Source of the DNA: Gracilinanus agilis | Taxonomy: Eukaryota | Reading direction: 5' to 3' | Assembly: GCF_016433145.1 (NCBI RefSeq) | Contig: NC_058131.1 | Span: 257,176,432-257,240,431 of the forward strand | DNA: 64,000 bases | Part shown: positions 1 to 11,320 of the stretch, piece after piece | Layout: each line of letters opens with the position of its first letter | Numbering within the stretch: the first letter of the stretch is position 1 | Translations under genes and position numbers: made by a program | The notes under the pieces: generated by a model | Database searches by the model: none | The model's input: the letters and a program-made list of their open reading frames with translations, nothing else | Told to the model about the DNA's origin: nothing

Positions 1-221
1 TAAAATTAGATGTATTTATAATTACACATATATATGAATTTATGAATATAAAATACATATTTTAAGTCTGACAGTATATGCTGTATTCTAAACCTGTAGG
101 CCCCCCTCATGTCTGGAAGGAAGGAAAGAAGGTGAATTTTTTCATCTTTTCTTTGGAATCAGATTTTGTTGTTGTTCAGACATTTCAGTCATGCCTGAAC
201 TCTTTGTTACTCCATTTAGGT

Positions 222-425
222 CAGGGGTCGGCAACATATGGCTCTTGAGGCATATCTGGCTCTTTTGAGGGCCAGATATGGCTCTTTCTGCAGGAGCCAT
301 AAAGTCCATTTTTTTCAGGCACTGTTACAGGAGCGCACTGTGAGCACTGTACGGCTCTCACAAAATTACATTTTAAAAAATGTGGCGTTTATGGTTCTCA
401 TTGCCAAAAAGGTTGCCGACCCCTG
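222..425. mobile_element. Non-autonomous hAT DNA transposon (MITE), family B, full-length 204 bp, inserted in a MAR1/MIR-type SINE
   Basis: Perfect 14-bp TIRs CAGGGGTCGGCAAC / GTTGCCGACCCCTG. 8-bp TSD atttaggt (214-221) / atttaggg (426-433). SINE sequence resumes on both sides. Confidence 0.92.
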
Positions 426-2039
426 ATTTAGGGTTTCCTTGGCAAAGATACTAAAGTGGTCTGCAATTTTGTAAACCTTGGAGGTAATTTGCCATGAGAT
501 ACAGATAAAATAAAAATATTTGAAATATTTTATTTTATCTTATTTATTTTCATTAAAAATATTATTATACACAAGTCAATGTCCTTGAGCAATATGCTTA
601 TACCCCTTAAAGGGAGATCTTCCCCAGCAAGACCTGAAGGAGAAGTGGATTTTCTCCATGATATCTGCAGCAATTGCTCCTTTGGGTTTCTAGCTAAAGA
701 ATAGGCAATAATTTTTCTGAGGGGCTCAGACCCAACTGGGAAGGAAGAAGGATGAAATCCTGCTTAGAGGTTGGAGGGACTAGTGAGAAAATGGGGAATG
801 TTAGGTGAAGGTTAGGTGTGGTCAGTTGAAAAACAAGTCCTAAGACTGGCTGGAGTAGGGTGAAAGGTTTCCCTTTTCTTAGTTAATCACTTGCCTCTTT
901 AGTCATATCCTATGTCCTTCAAGAGAGACCATGATAAAGATAACAGGTGACCATAAAAGGTTTTTGAGTAGGGAAATGACCAAGTCTGGCTTAACCCACC
1001 AAACCAACAATGAGAAAGTCTAACTTCTTGTTGTGGAATACAAGAAGTTTTTTTTGTAGTGACCAAAGTGCTAAAATAGTTAACTGTTTTGCTCTCCTAT
1101 CTTCTGGAATGTGATATGCCCCTTTGAGTTCATGAGTATTTGTTCATGTGATGACTTGAAATAAGAAACAACCTCTGGATGTTTTCGTTCCTCAGGAAGG
1201 CAATGCTGTAAGAAGAGTTTAATGGAAACATGGTGGCCTTGGGAGTTATGGTTTCATAGATTTAGATCTGGAAGGGTCCCTAAAGGCCATTAAGACCAAC
1301 TTATTCCCTTTAACTAATTAGAAAGATAAAGCCCAGAGATACAGGCAGAAAACCTGGATTTAAGTCTTGGCTCTGCTGACTACAACCTATGTGATTTGGG
1401 AATAAATAATTTCCCTTCTTTTAGATTTGGGTTCTTTAGCTGTAAAAAAGGAGGGACTGAAATAAATGATACTCTGATTCAGTAATTCCTTATGAGTAAC
1501 TATAAGGTAACACATGGTAAACTGTATAAAATGGTCTTCAGAGACTGTGGAATAAAAAATACTTATACATACACACATGAAATATATACATACAGAGAAA
1601 TTTCATTTTTATATCATCATTTCCAAAAATATCTTCCCTTTTTCTCTTCTCTGGAGAGAATCCCTTTCAACAAAGGATGTAAAAGAAAGCAAGAATGAAA
1701 AATTAATTTAGAGAAACACTAATCAACAAATCCACTGTCTGATACCTGGTATTACAAACCTATAGAACCCCAATGTCTATAAAGAGGGGAGAAAAGTGAT
1801 TGCTGTTTCCTTCTCCAGTTCATTTTACAGATGAAGAAACTAAGGCCAACTGGGTTAAGTGACTTGTCTAGGGTCACATAGCTAGTAAGTATACTTGTCT
1901 AGGGTCACATAGCTAGCTAGTAAGTAAGTCTAAATTGAAGCTCAAAAAGATGAGTTTTCCTGACCCCCAACCCAACATTATCCACTATGCCACTTAGCTG
2001 CCTGGAGACAGATTAAGTCATTATAATAACATACTGTTC

Positions 2040-2400
2040 AAGTTCCTTTTAAATTTTATTCTGTTTTTCCCATTTCCATTATTCTGGTTATTGTGTATAT
2101 TGTTTCCTGACTCAACTCATTTCACTTTGCATCAGTTCATATAATCTTCCCATGCTTTTCTGTATTCTTCCTATCCATTGTTTCTTATAGTGAAGTGATA
2201 TCCTATCATATTCCTATGTCACAATTCTGTTTGACCATTCCCCAGTCGATGACATTTTTTTTTACAATTCTTTGTTACTGCAAAAAGTGTTACTCTAAGT
2301 ACTTTGGTGTTTGTGGAATCTTCTGATCTTTATCTTCTTTGAGGTTTATGTTTAGCAGTTGAATTTCTAAGTCAAAGAGTGTGGGCATTTTAATCTCTCT
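2040..2400 (-). mobile_element. Old L1 3' fragment (approximate ends)
   Basis: Resembles the ORF2-end/3'UTR segment seen in the L1 copies at 30.3-30.7 kb and 54.7-55.2 kb (cactttgcatcagttcat...ccattcccc). Confidence 0.65.
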
Positions 2401-4037
2401 TAAAAAAAAAAAAAAGGAAGCAGATGGCACTCATTGACATTAGCAAGAAAGTCAGAATCCCAGGAAGAATAGTAATTGTATGTATTTAATCCTTTACTTA
2501 AGTATTCTAATGCAAAAATGGAAAGACAGAGTTATACTTTATAAATTAAGTCATCCTTAGGTTCCTAAATAAACTCCTGGGCTTAAGAAATTACTGACTC
2601 ATATGATTTTCAAATGGTATATCATTTTTCAAAATTTAGAGATCTAGGATCAGAGGACCTAGACCACATGCTGCCAAGGTCTTTTTGTTACTGATAAAGA
2701 CAAATCTTTAGGTCTGGGGGAGTGGCTCAAAGAGTGTTCTCACATATGGAGAATCCATATCTTTCTATTATAGCTCTACTTATAAGTACAGTTTTATTAT
2801 TTCTTGGACAGTTTGAGAAAGATGAATGCATGTCAGGACTTCTCTGACTCTTTTCTCAAAGAAAAAGTAATGAATGAAACATAAAAAAGAGGAGAATGCT
2901 TTCAGGGACCCCAAATGTTTTGTCTGGGCTTCCTGCCTTTACCATCACAACTTGCCTGGTTCCTCCTTTGTTCTATCTTCACCCACAGAGTATCTGCAAA
3001 CTCAAAGAGTATGACAGTCAGTTTTGTCCAGGATACAACAGCACCAGCATCCACTGCTTGGTCACAGCAGTCCTCCCAGTGGAAGTGCTGAGAGAGCCAA
3101 TCTTTCCCCAGCTGCTCTCAGCAGTGGAGACCCAGCAAGTGGTCCTTCTGTGTTTTCTCCAAGCTCTTTCCCTCTGCTGCTCTTCTTTTTCTGACTGTGC
3201 TGACTTGGGGTTGGAGCACATTGTAGTGGAAGTATACAGCAAAAAAAGGAAGACTTTTAGAAGGGCACATGCTCCTTTTCAATGAAGACTTGTTTTTAAT
3301 CTATTTACTTTGACCCCTACTCCCCTTTTAGTCTTAGTGCCCTTCATGGAAATTAGCAGGGTTGAACAGTAGTGAAATCCTAAAATATATGACTTTATTT
3401 GCATATAAATATATATATACACACACATATATATGTATAAAGCACATTTATATGTAAGTATATATAAAAAATACTGCTTCAAGATTGTCTCATTTATTTG
3501 GTCAGATTGTTAGTCATGACCATTGATTTCTCTCCTAACAAAGTTATAGGATCCAATTTCATGCTGAGAGTAATTCCCGTTTATTTCCTATCTTAGCAAG
3601 AAAACTAACAAGTGAGTTTTTCTATTATAGCGTATCTTATTTTTTTTTATAACCTTCTCTCTCTCCTATGGTTCTTTTGTTGTATAAAATAATGTCTGAA
3701 TTCTATCTTGCATGATAGATTCTGTAGTATTTTGTAAAGTCTCTGTATTGCATTAGGGAAAGGGTGGTATTAACTAATTCTTAATATTTTGGATAGGGAA
3801 GAGAAGGGGGAAAAGCAATAATTAAGAACTTACTATGTGCCAGGTATGCTGTTAAGTGCTTCACAAATATTATCTCTTTCTGTCCTCACAACAATCCTGT
3901 GAAATAGTTCATATTATTACCCCTATTTTATAGTTGAGTAAACTGAGGCTGACAGAGGTTAAATGACTTGCCCTAGGTCACACAATTTAGTAAATATCTT
4001 AAGTGAGATTTGAACTGGGGCCTACCTGGCTGTAGAC

Positions 4038-4231
4038 CAGTGGTTTCTAGACTTTTTTGGCCTACCGCCCCCTTTCCAGAAAAAATATTACTTAGCCCCC
4101 TGGAAATTATTTTTTTTTAAATTTTAATAGCAATCAATAGGAAAGATAAATGCATTTGTGGCCATCACCACCTCCCCTGGATCACCGCAGCACCCACCAG
4201 GGGGTGGTAGCACCCACTTTGGGAATCACTG
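4038..4231 (+). mobile_element. hAT (Charlie-like) MITE, family A copy 1, inserted in a CORE-SINE tail
   Basis: Termini CAGTGGTTTCTAGACTT...TTTGGGAATCACTG. TSD ctgtagac / ctctaaac (6/8). Aligns end to end with the copies at 20909, 25318 and 57508. Confidence 0.9.
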
Positions 4232-6934
4232 CTCTAAACCCAGTGCTCTATCCACTGGTCACCTAGTTGTCTCTATGTAAACATAGATATATTCAATAAT
4301 AATATATTTGTAGGTAATAAAGATGATTGATATAGGCAATGTAATACTAGATAAAGGCAATATTATCATATTGACTTTTAGGCTTAATAATAGATACATA
4401 TAGGCAATAAAGTAGGAGCCCTCAAATCACCTGTTCTTTCAAAACCACTTTGCTCTCTTTAATGTTATCTTCCAGAGTTGTAGATTTCAGACTAGAGAAG
4501 GACCTTAAAATTATCTAATTCAACTCCCTTATTCTAAAGACATAGAAATTTAGGCTGAAAGAAGAAGGGACTTCATTATGTTCACATACAAAGTGTGAAA
4601 GCCAGAACTCAAATCCACGTCTGACTATAAAACTAATAAATAGCCCCAGAAGATTGAATATTATTGCCATCTAAGATGTAGTGAGTAGAAGACCATCCTT
4701 GGAGTCAGGAGGACCAAATTTCAGGTTCTGCTTGGAACACTTACTCTCATAGTGCCTCTGTTCTTAATTCTCTAAGGTGATCAGACATAGGTGAGATGCC
4801 AATATGCACCAGTAGAGAGATTTGCCTCTACCATGAGTTCCTCATACAGCTGAAATCACAGATCTAGACCCAAAGTTATTTCATTTGAGGATACCTATAG
4901 AATAATTTTCCATGTCATGAGGGAGAAAAGATACATTATAGTTTAATTAGATATAATTATTCTCTTTTCTATATACTTTTTGGGATGGAAGCAGCAGATG
5001 CAACAATGGCATAATTTTTTTCATTATTATCTTCCAAAAATACAGTTAGTTTATATCTTCTTCCAAAGTACTTTGATAGGGAAGCTTTTTAGATAGGAGA
5101 AGGGCTATCACAGACAGTAGATGAGAGGTGGTGAGTCTGCATTTTGGAATTAAAGAAATTGGGCCAAATTGCATATGTACTAGTCATTTACCTTTCCTTT
5201 CATTTCTATTCTCCATCATTCACCTAAACCTCAGTCTTTTTTTGAGCTAGTTTATCATAATCAAAAGGGTATCTTAATGGGTGAGGTAGAATAGGTTCAC
5301 TTCATTGCAATGGGGCAAGAAATGCCTAATGGTACAGTTTTGTGCAAAAGGACTTGGGAGGACACTACTTGGCAAAAATAACTCTTTTCCCCCTCCTTTT
5401 CTCTTCAGACTAGTTGGCTCCCTGGGTCAATGCCTAGCCCAAAGCAGCTTGAGGCCTCACTAAAGCACAGATCCTTAATTTGAGATGTCCTAGATATGTC
5501 AACAGAGAATTATTCACTTTGGACCCTAATCTTTAATCTGCATTAAGGTTCTAAAAATTTGCATTCAAGAAATAGCTTGATCATTCATCTGTAAAATTGA
5601 GGATGTTGGACTAAGTGATCCTTATGATTCCTTACAATGTCAAGATTTTTATTAGCTTACATAAAAGAAGAAACTTGATGGGGTGGGGAGGAGTGGTGGG
5701 TATGATCTCTGTCCTCAAGTACATGAGGGAACTGTCATATAAAAGAGGGATTAGATTCATTTTGCTTGGCCCCACAGGGCAGAACTAGGAACAGTAATTG
5801 AAAGTTGCAGAGAGGCAGACTTCTGTGCAGTATAATGAAAAACTTTCTAAAAATTGGAGTTGTTTAAAAGTATATTTCCATTGATTGTTCCTAAAGCATT
5901 ACATTGTAGTAATAAATACATCATCACTATCACTGGAGGTCACCATTAAAGTTTGCTTGCCCATTTTTTAGGAATATTGTAGAGAAGATTCCTATTCAAG
6001 TAATCGTTAGATTGGATGGTCTCTAGGATGTCTCACAACCCTGAGAATGTAAGATTCTACAAAATTCTAAATTTGTAGATTTTAATAAGTACTTGCTGTG
6101 TGTTGAACTTTGTACTAGATGCTAGAAGAGATATGAAATTTAGCTAAGATGCACTTCTTGTCCTCATAAGGATAAAGCATTCAGACAAATAGTTATAATA
6201 AAATGTTTCATTTTGCTAGAGGTAGCACCATATAATAGAAAGAAGACTGGTCTTAGACTCAGGAAGACCTGGGTCCAGGTTCTTCTTGTGATACATACTA
6301 GCTGTGTAACCTTGGACAAGTCATCAGACTGCTCACCTTTAAATTGGCCATCGGCATTGGTGGAAGGAGATTCTACATCAGCATACCAGAATGAAATCAT
6401 AGGCCCATTCTAAATGCATTATTAAGACCTCAAACATAAAGCCAAGTGGAATTGTAATTCCTTTACCAGCTCATTTTACAGTGAGGAAATTGAGGCAAAT
6501 AGGTTTAAGTGATGTGCCCAAAGTCACACAACTAGTGAGTATCCAAGGCCAGATTTGACCTAATAAAGATGAGTCTTATGACTCTAGACCAGGCACTGGA
6601 TCAACTGTGCCATCTAAAAAACCATTAGAGTGGTACCTATTGTGAAATGAGGACATGTACTAGAATGATAGTATAAGGAAAGCTGAGGGCCATAGAATCA
6701 ATGTTTTCAAAATTGTGGTGCTAAGGGGCAGTTAGGCGAGTCAGTGGATAGAATACCTAGGCCTGGAGATGGAACTGCGTTCAAAATTGACCTCAAACAC
6801 TTCCTAGCTGTGGTACCCTGGGCAAGTTACTTAACTTCATTTGTCTAGCCTTTACCAGTTTCCTGCCTTGGAAATGATATTCAGTATCCATTCTAAGAGA
6901 GAAGGTAAGGATTTATTAAAAATATTTTTTCAGT

Positions 6935-7285
6935 GTTAGAGAAGACTTTTGAGAGTCCCATGGACAGCAATGAGATCAAATCAGACAATACTTAAAGAAA
7001 TGGATTCAGACTATTCAGTGGAAGGACAGATGTTGAAGCTGAGGTGAAATACTTTGGCCACATAATAAAATGACAGGACTCACTGGAAAAGACCCTGTTG
7101 TTGCGAAAAATTAAAGCAAAAAAGGAGAAGGGGATGGCAGAGAATATGAAGCATGGATAGTGACATGGAAGGAACGAACATGAACTTGGACAGACTCCAG
7201 GAGATAGGGGAGAAATGAAGGGCCTGGCAAAGGAAGGTCCATTGATCAGGAAGAGTCAGACATGACCAAAAAACAAGACAACAAA
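6935..7285 (+). mobile_element. BovB-like RTE LINE 3' fragment
   Basis: gagaagacttttgagagtcccatggacagc...tactttggccac...ctggaaaagaccctg...aagagtcagacatgac follows the BovB/ART2A 3' end as I recall it. Ends approximate. Confidence 0.8.
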
Positions 7286-10079
7286 ATAAAGAGGAAGGAA
7301 CAGACTTGGGGCATGTGATGGAGGTAGAATTATTAACTGACAAAGTCCAACAAATGAGGGAAATAAGAGATTTGTTTTTTTCATGACAGTCTATGATTTA
7401 GGTTCTATTCGTACCTGAGTACTTTTATAGAAATTGTTCCCTTCACTGAGAATGCTGTGTCTCCTCTAGCCATATTCCTTACTTCTTAAAACAGTTCACA
7501 ATTTCACTTACCTCAGGAAGCTGTCTGGGATTAAACCCAGTTGATTTTAGACATTTTCTCCTATTTGACACCTCCTTTGCATTTATATAGTCACTTTGTT
7601 CTCACTTTATTTACACTCTATGAATGTGTTTATGTAGCTACTTCTAATTTTGAATTAAGTCCTTTCAACCAGGTAAGTTCCTGTTATAGCCAATGAACAT
7701 TACTGACTGTATAACTTAGATTTCACTGGAACTATTTCACAAGGAAGTCGCCTTGTAAGTGTCCTGTCATTTGAAGTATTCAAATGAAGGCTGGTTGACC
7801 CTATCATGCAGGGAGAATGTTATTGAACAATAGAGAAACTCAGATAGAAAGAGATCCTTGGAGACAGTGTATTAACTTAGAAAACCACAAATTAATAGGA
7901 TCTCTGTTGTATTATATTTTTATTTATTTTGTTCATTTCCCAATTCCATTTTAATCTGATTTGGGCTGTACTCAGTTTTTGTTTTTTGTTTTTGTTTTTT
8001 TTACACTCATTTTTCATCTTAGAATCAATACTAAGTATTGGGGTTAAATAACTTGTCCAGTGTCATACAGCTCGGAAGTGTCTGAGGCTAGATTTGAATC
8101 TTGGACCTCCTTGTCTCCAGGCCTGGCTCACTGAGCCACCTAAAAGCCCCAACTCAGGAATTTTGTAAGCTGCTGGATCCCCTTCCTGACTGACACTTCT
8201 GTTGTAGGAGAGTTTCACGTTTCAGGTAATGGTTGAACTAGGTGACCTCTACTGTCCTTTTCAACCCTGATATTTTGTGATTCTGGGAAGAGCATGGATA
8301 AGAATGGCTATGTCATTAAAAAGCTTTGATTCAAAGCTGTGAGGGGTCACTCCATTAAGTCCCTGTTATGTTCAAGGAATTGTCCTGGAGATTGAGGATC
8401 AACATAAACAAAACAAAGTTTGTTTTCAAGTACTATTGATTTGGGAGAAACAAAACATAGATAATAAATAAATGGATGCATGAACGTAAATGAATGGATA
8501 ACTATACACACAGAGTTAATACAAATTAATTTCATGGGAATAGAAAAAGACAATAAAGAACATTAGGGAGGACTTCATGTGGGAAATGGAACTTGATCTA
8601 GCCTTGAAGAGAAATAGAATTTCATTTGGAGGAGATGAGGAAGGAGTGTATTCAAGGTTCATGGGCACTCTATGCAAATGCTTCATGGCCAGAGATGGAA
8701 CATTAAGGGCATAGCATAGGAAATAGGTCAGTTTGGCTGGTATTGAGTCTGTGAAATGGACTAATGCAATGTTAGTCCAGAAAGATGGTTTGGAGCCAGA
8801 TTGAAGAATTTGAATGGAAGGATGTGGTTTTATTCTAGGCTTTGAGGGAATTAGGCATGTCACTGAGCTTCTTGAGGAAGGGCTTAACATGGTCAGGATC
8901 AAATATAATATGTATGGAAAAGTGATATAGAAATGCTAAGGATAATTATGACTTTAGTTACTCAGTAGACATTTTATTTCATCAGTATTTCAATCACTCT
9001 TCTACCAGTGCTGGTCATAAGCCTTCCATACTTTTGATGTGGGTTCCTGTGGAAAAAAAAAATCCATTTTCTATCAGACCACCTTCTGGTGGGTGCTGAG
9101 CCTCTCAGCCCTTTCCAAGGTTAGCCTGACACAAAGTTCATCATTAAGATTGTAATAAAAGCCTTTCAAACTTTGCTTGATCTCCAGAGATTGTAATTTA
9201 TTGTATTACCTATGAAAACCCAAGATCATCTCCATATCATTAGGAGGCCACCCAAAAAATCCTAGTAGATTATACTATTATATTCTATACTATATTATTC
9301 CTAGAGGGCAGAAATTGCCTCTTACTTTTTATATGCCCAGTTCCTGGCAAATAGAGGGTGTTTAATGAAATCTGTTGCTTGATTGAGATCAACAGCAGAA
9401 GGACTATTATGAGTTTTCCCACTTTTAGTAATACATTTCTGCCACTTCAAGTCCTACAGTGGTGACTGAATTAAATTCAATAAATCCTTAATAAGCACCT
9501 ACTATATGCAGAATGTTATCCTCTGTCTTAGGGAGATTTTAATAGGTCCTTCTTTCTTGAGATTTAAAATCTGAGTAAGTGGATAAGACACACACCACTA
9601 ACTTGCATTGCCTTTGGTCCTGATCCTACATCACCGCCTTGATGTCACGTGTTTCTTTTACACTTCTGAAATTGCTGAGGCAGTAGCCGGAAAAGAAATG
9701 ACAGTATTTTGCACTTCTATTGCATTTATTTTTGTCTAAATGGTTAGAAAGAAACAGTAAATTCAAACAAGTCTAACTTAACTTTGGGAATGCCCCTGGG
9801 TAGCAAAGAAAATTATGCTACTAGCCAATGTTGTTGAGCCTTTCCATATTCTGTGGAACTGTGTTACAAAGAGTGAGAACCCAGGATAATTGAAAGCTAC
9901 CATTTTCTCTCTTTCTCTCCCTCCCCTCACCCTTTCCCCCATATATGCATGTATTAGGGATTATAAAAAGGCAAAATTGGTTCATGAGTAAATAACCCTA
10001 AGTGCACAATTCTTTCCTAGGCTAACAGAATTAGCATAAAGGTGCTCATTAGCAGGAACAAGGTCTTTTGTTTGAAAGG

Positions 10080-11320
10080 ATGTGAACAATCTGCAGGGTG
10101 CTGGGGCAGCTGGCGAAGTTAGGCTACTGGAGAGGTCTACGAATGTGGATTAATCCCCAATAAATGTTCAAGAATTTAAATAATTGCCCCCAGAGACTGT
10201 GTGAGAGAAGCAGACCCCAGCATGCTCCCAGATCTCTTTCTGGGTCTCATTCTTCTTGTATCTGTTTGGTGGGGGCACAAGATGGTGGCATCCCCCTTGT
10301 GGGCACCTCCCCTTTGCCGAAAAGATAAGCCTGCTTGAGGCTAAGGCAGGTATATGGAACCGCTTCCTAATAGTGTTTCCTTGAGGACAAATCCAGAAAT
10401 GATCCTTAGCATGCTTAACAAACAAGAGCACCGTATCCCGAAAGTCCACAGAGCCTGGGAAATGGCTCTTTCTGTGATATTGATTGCAGGAGCCCAGCTG
10501 TACTGCTGTTGCTACAGGGTTTTGTTTTCTGTAGCTTTTCGATAATGCTGTAGCAGCTGCTTTCGAAAAATGGTACACTGCCAAGTCCTGTCCTCTCCAC
10601 CACCACCCCCCCCCCCCCCCCCCGCCATGAAACCCTTAAAACTGTTGAAAGGGATGGGGGAGAAATTCTTGTTTACCTTCAGTCTGTGGAGTTTGCATAG
10701 GACTAGGAGAAAGTGATCAAATTTAAGACTTGAGAGGACAGGATCTTGGGGGTACCAGGCTCTTGGCAACTGTAATTTACTCTGGAATCATTTTAAACGG
10801 TGGGCTGCTGCAGTTTGCTGACAGTGCTGTAAAACAAATTGCCCTGAGAGAAGGAGCCATGAGTTCGGTGAGGAGGCGCGGTAGCAGCTATGGAGGGTTT
10901 GACAGAGGAACCTTAACGAGCTCGAATCCAGCACGTCTAGTGAGTTCGTTTTCTCTGGTGAGCTGATTACACAGGTCCTTGGCTGCTCCCAGGCCCCCTC
11001 CCACCTTACAATGTCTATATTTAAAAATGTTTGTAGATAATAATGGTTTTCAGTTTCTTCTACAACAGGCAGGCAGAGTTGCCTCCTGACAATAGGAATC
11101 TATTTGCAGACTCCGTGCTTGTGTGTTTGTGCATTTTGGGGGGGGGACTGAGGGGAGATGTAGCGGGTCCTGAAAGCTGCGTGGGCTTTTGACAATTGCA
11201 CACTGTAGAGAAGCCTTGGGATTAGAAGTGATCCAGGTGTTTGTCAGTAAGGACACAGCTTCTTGAGGAAGATGAGGATCTTCTTTCGTCCTTTATTTGT
11301 AAGGTAAGTAGAGCTAGTGG
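10080..11320. promoter_or_regulatory. Repeat-free, CpG-retaining promoter-like block (probable internal alternative promoter)
   Basis: Visibly more CG dinucleotides than the flanks (e.g. ttcggtgaggaggcgcgg, aacgagctcg, ttttcga twice). TATA-like tctatatttaaaaa near 11015. Several splice-donor matches. No recognisable TE. Confidence 0.6.
10677..10698 (-). CDS. RASAL2: Coding part of a candidate alternative first exon (MQTPQTE + phase-1 donor), tentatively the short RASAL2/nGAP isoform start
   Basis: Minus strand ATGCAAACTCCACAGACTGAAG|gtaaac, with an in-frame TGA 18 nt upstream of the ATG. Human short RASAL2 begins MQTP-E|VPAERSPRRR with a phase-1 junction (recalled, not searched). Only 4 residues match and the Kozak context is weak, so the gene name is tentative. 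Confidence 0.5.

Noticed and set aside
238-426. 62-aa ORF MALEAYLALL... (and the similar 40916-41164 ORF)
   Set aside because: Lies within the family-B MITE; incidental reading frame with no transposase motifs.
1862-1930. 31-bp tandem duplication (acttgtctagggtcacatagctag)
   Set aside because: Ordinary slippage duplication inside a CORE-SINE.
7638-7672. Plus-strand 35-nt pseudo-exon (tag|CTACTT...CCAG|gtaagt)
   Set aside because: Strong donor but weak acceptor, not divisible by 3, unrecognised peptide, and opposite to the favoured host strand.
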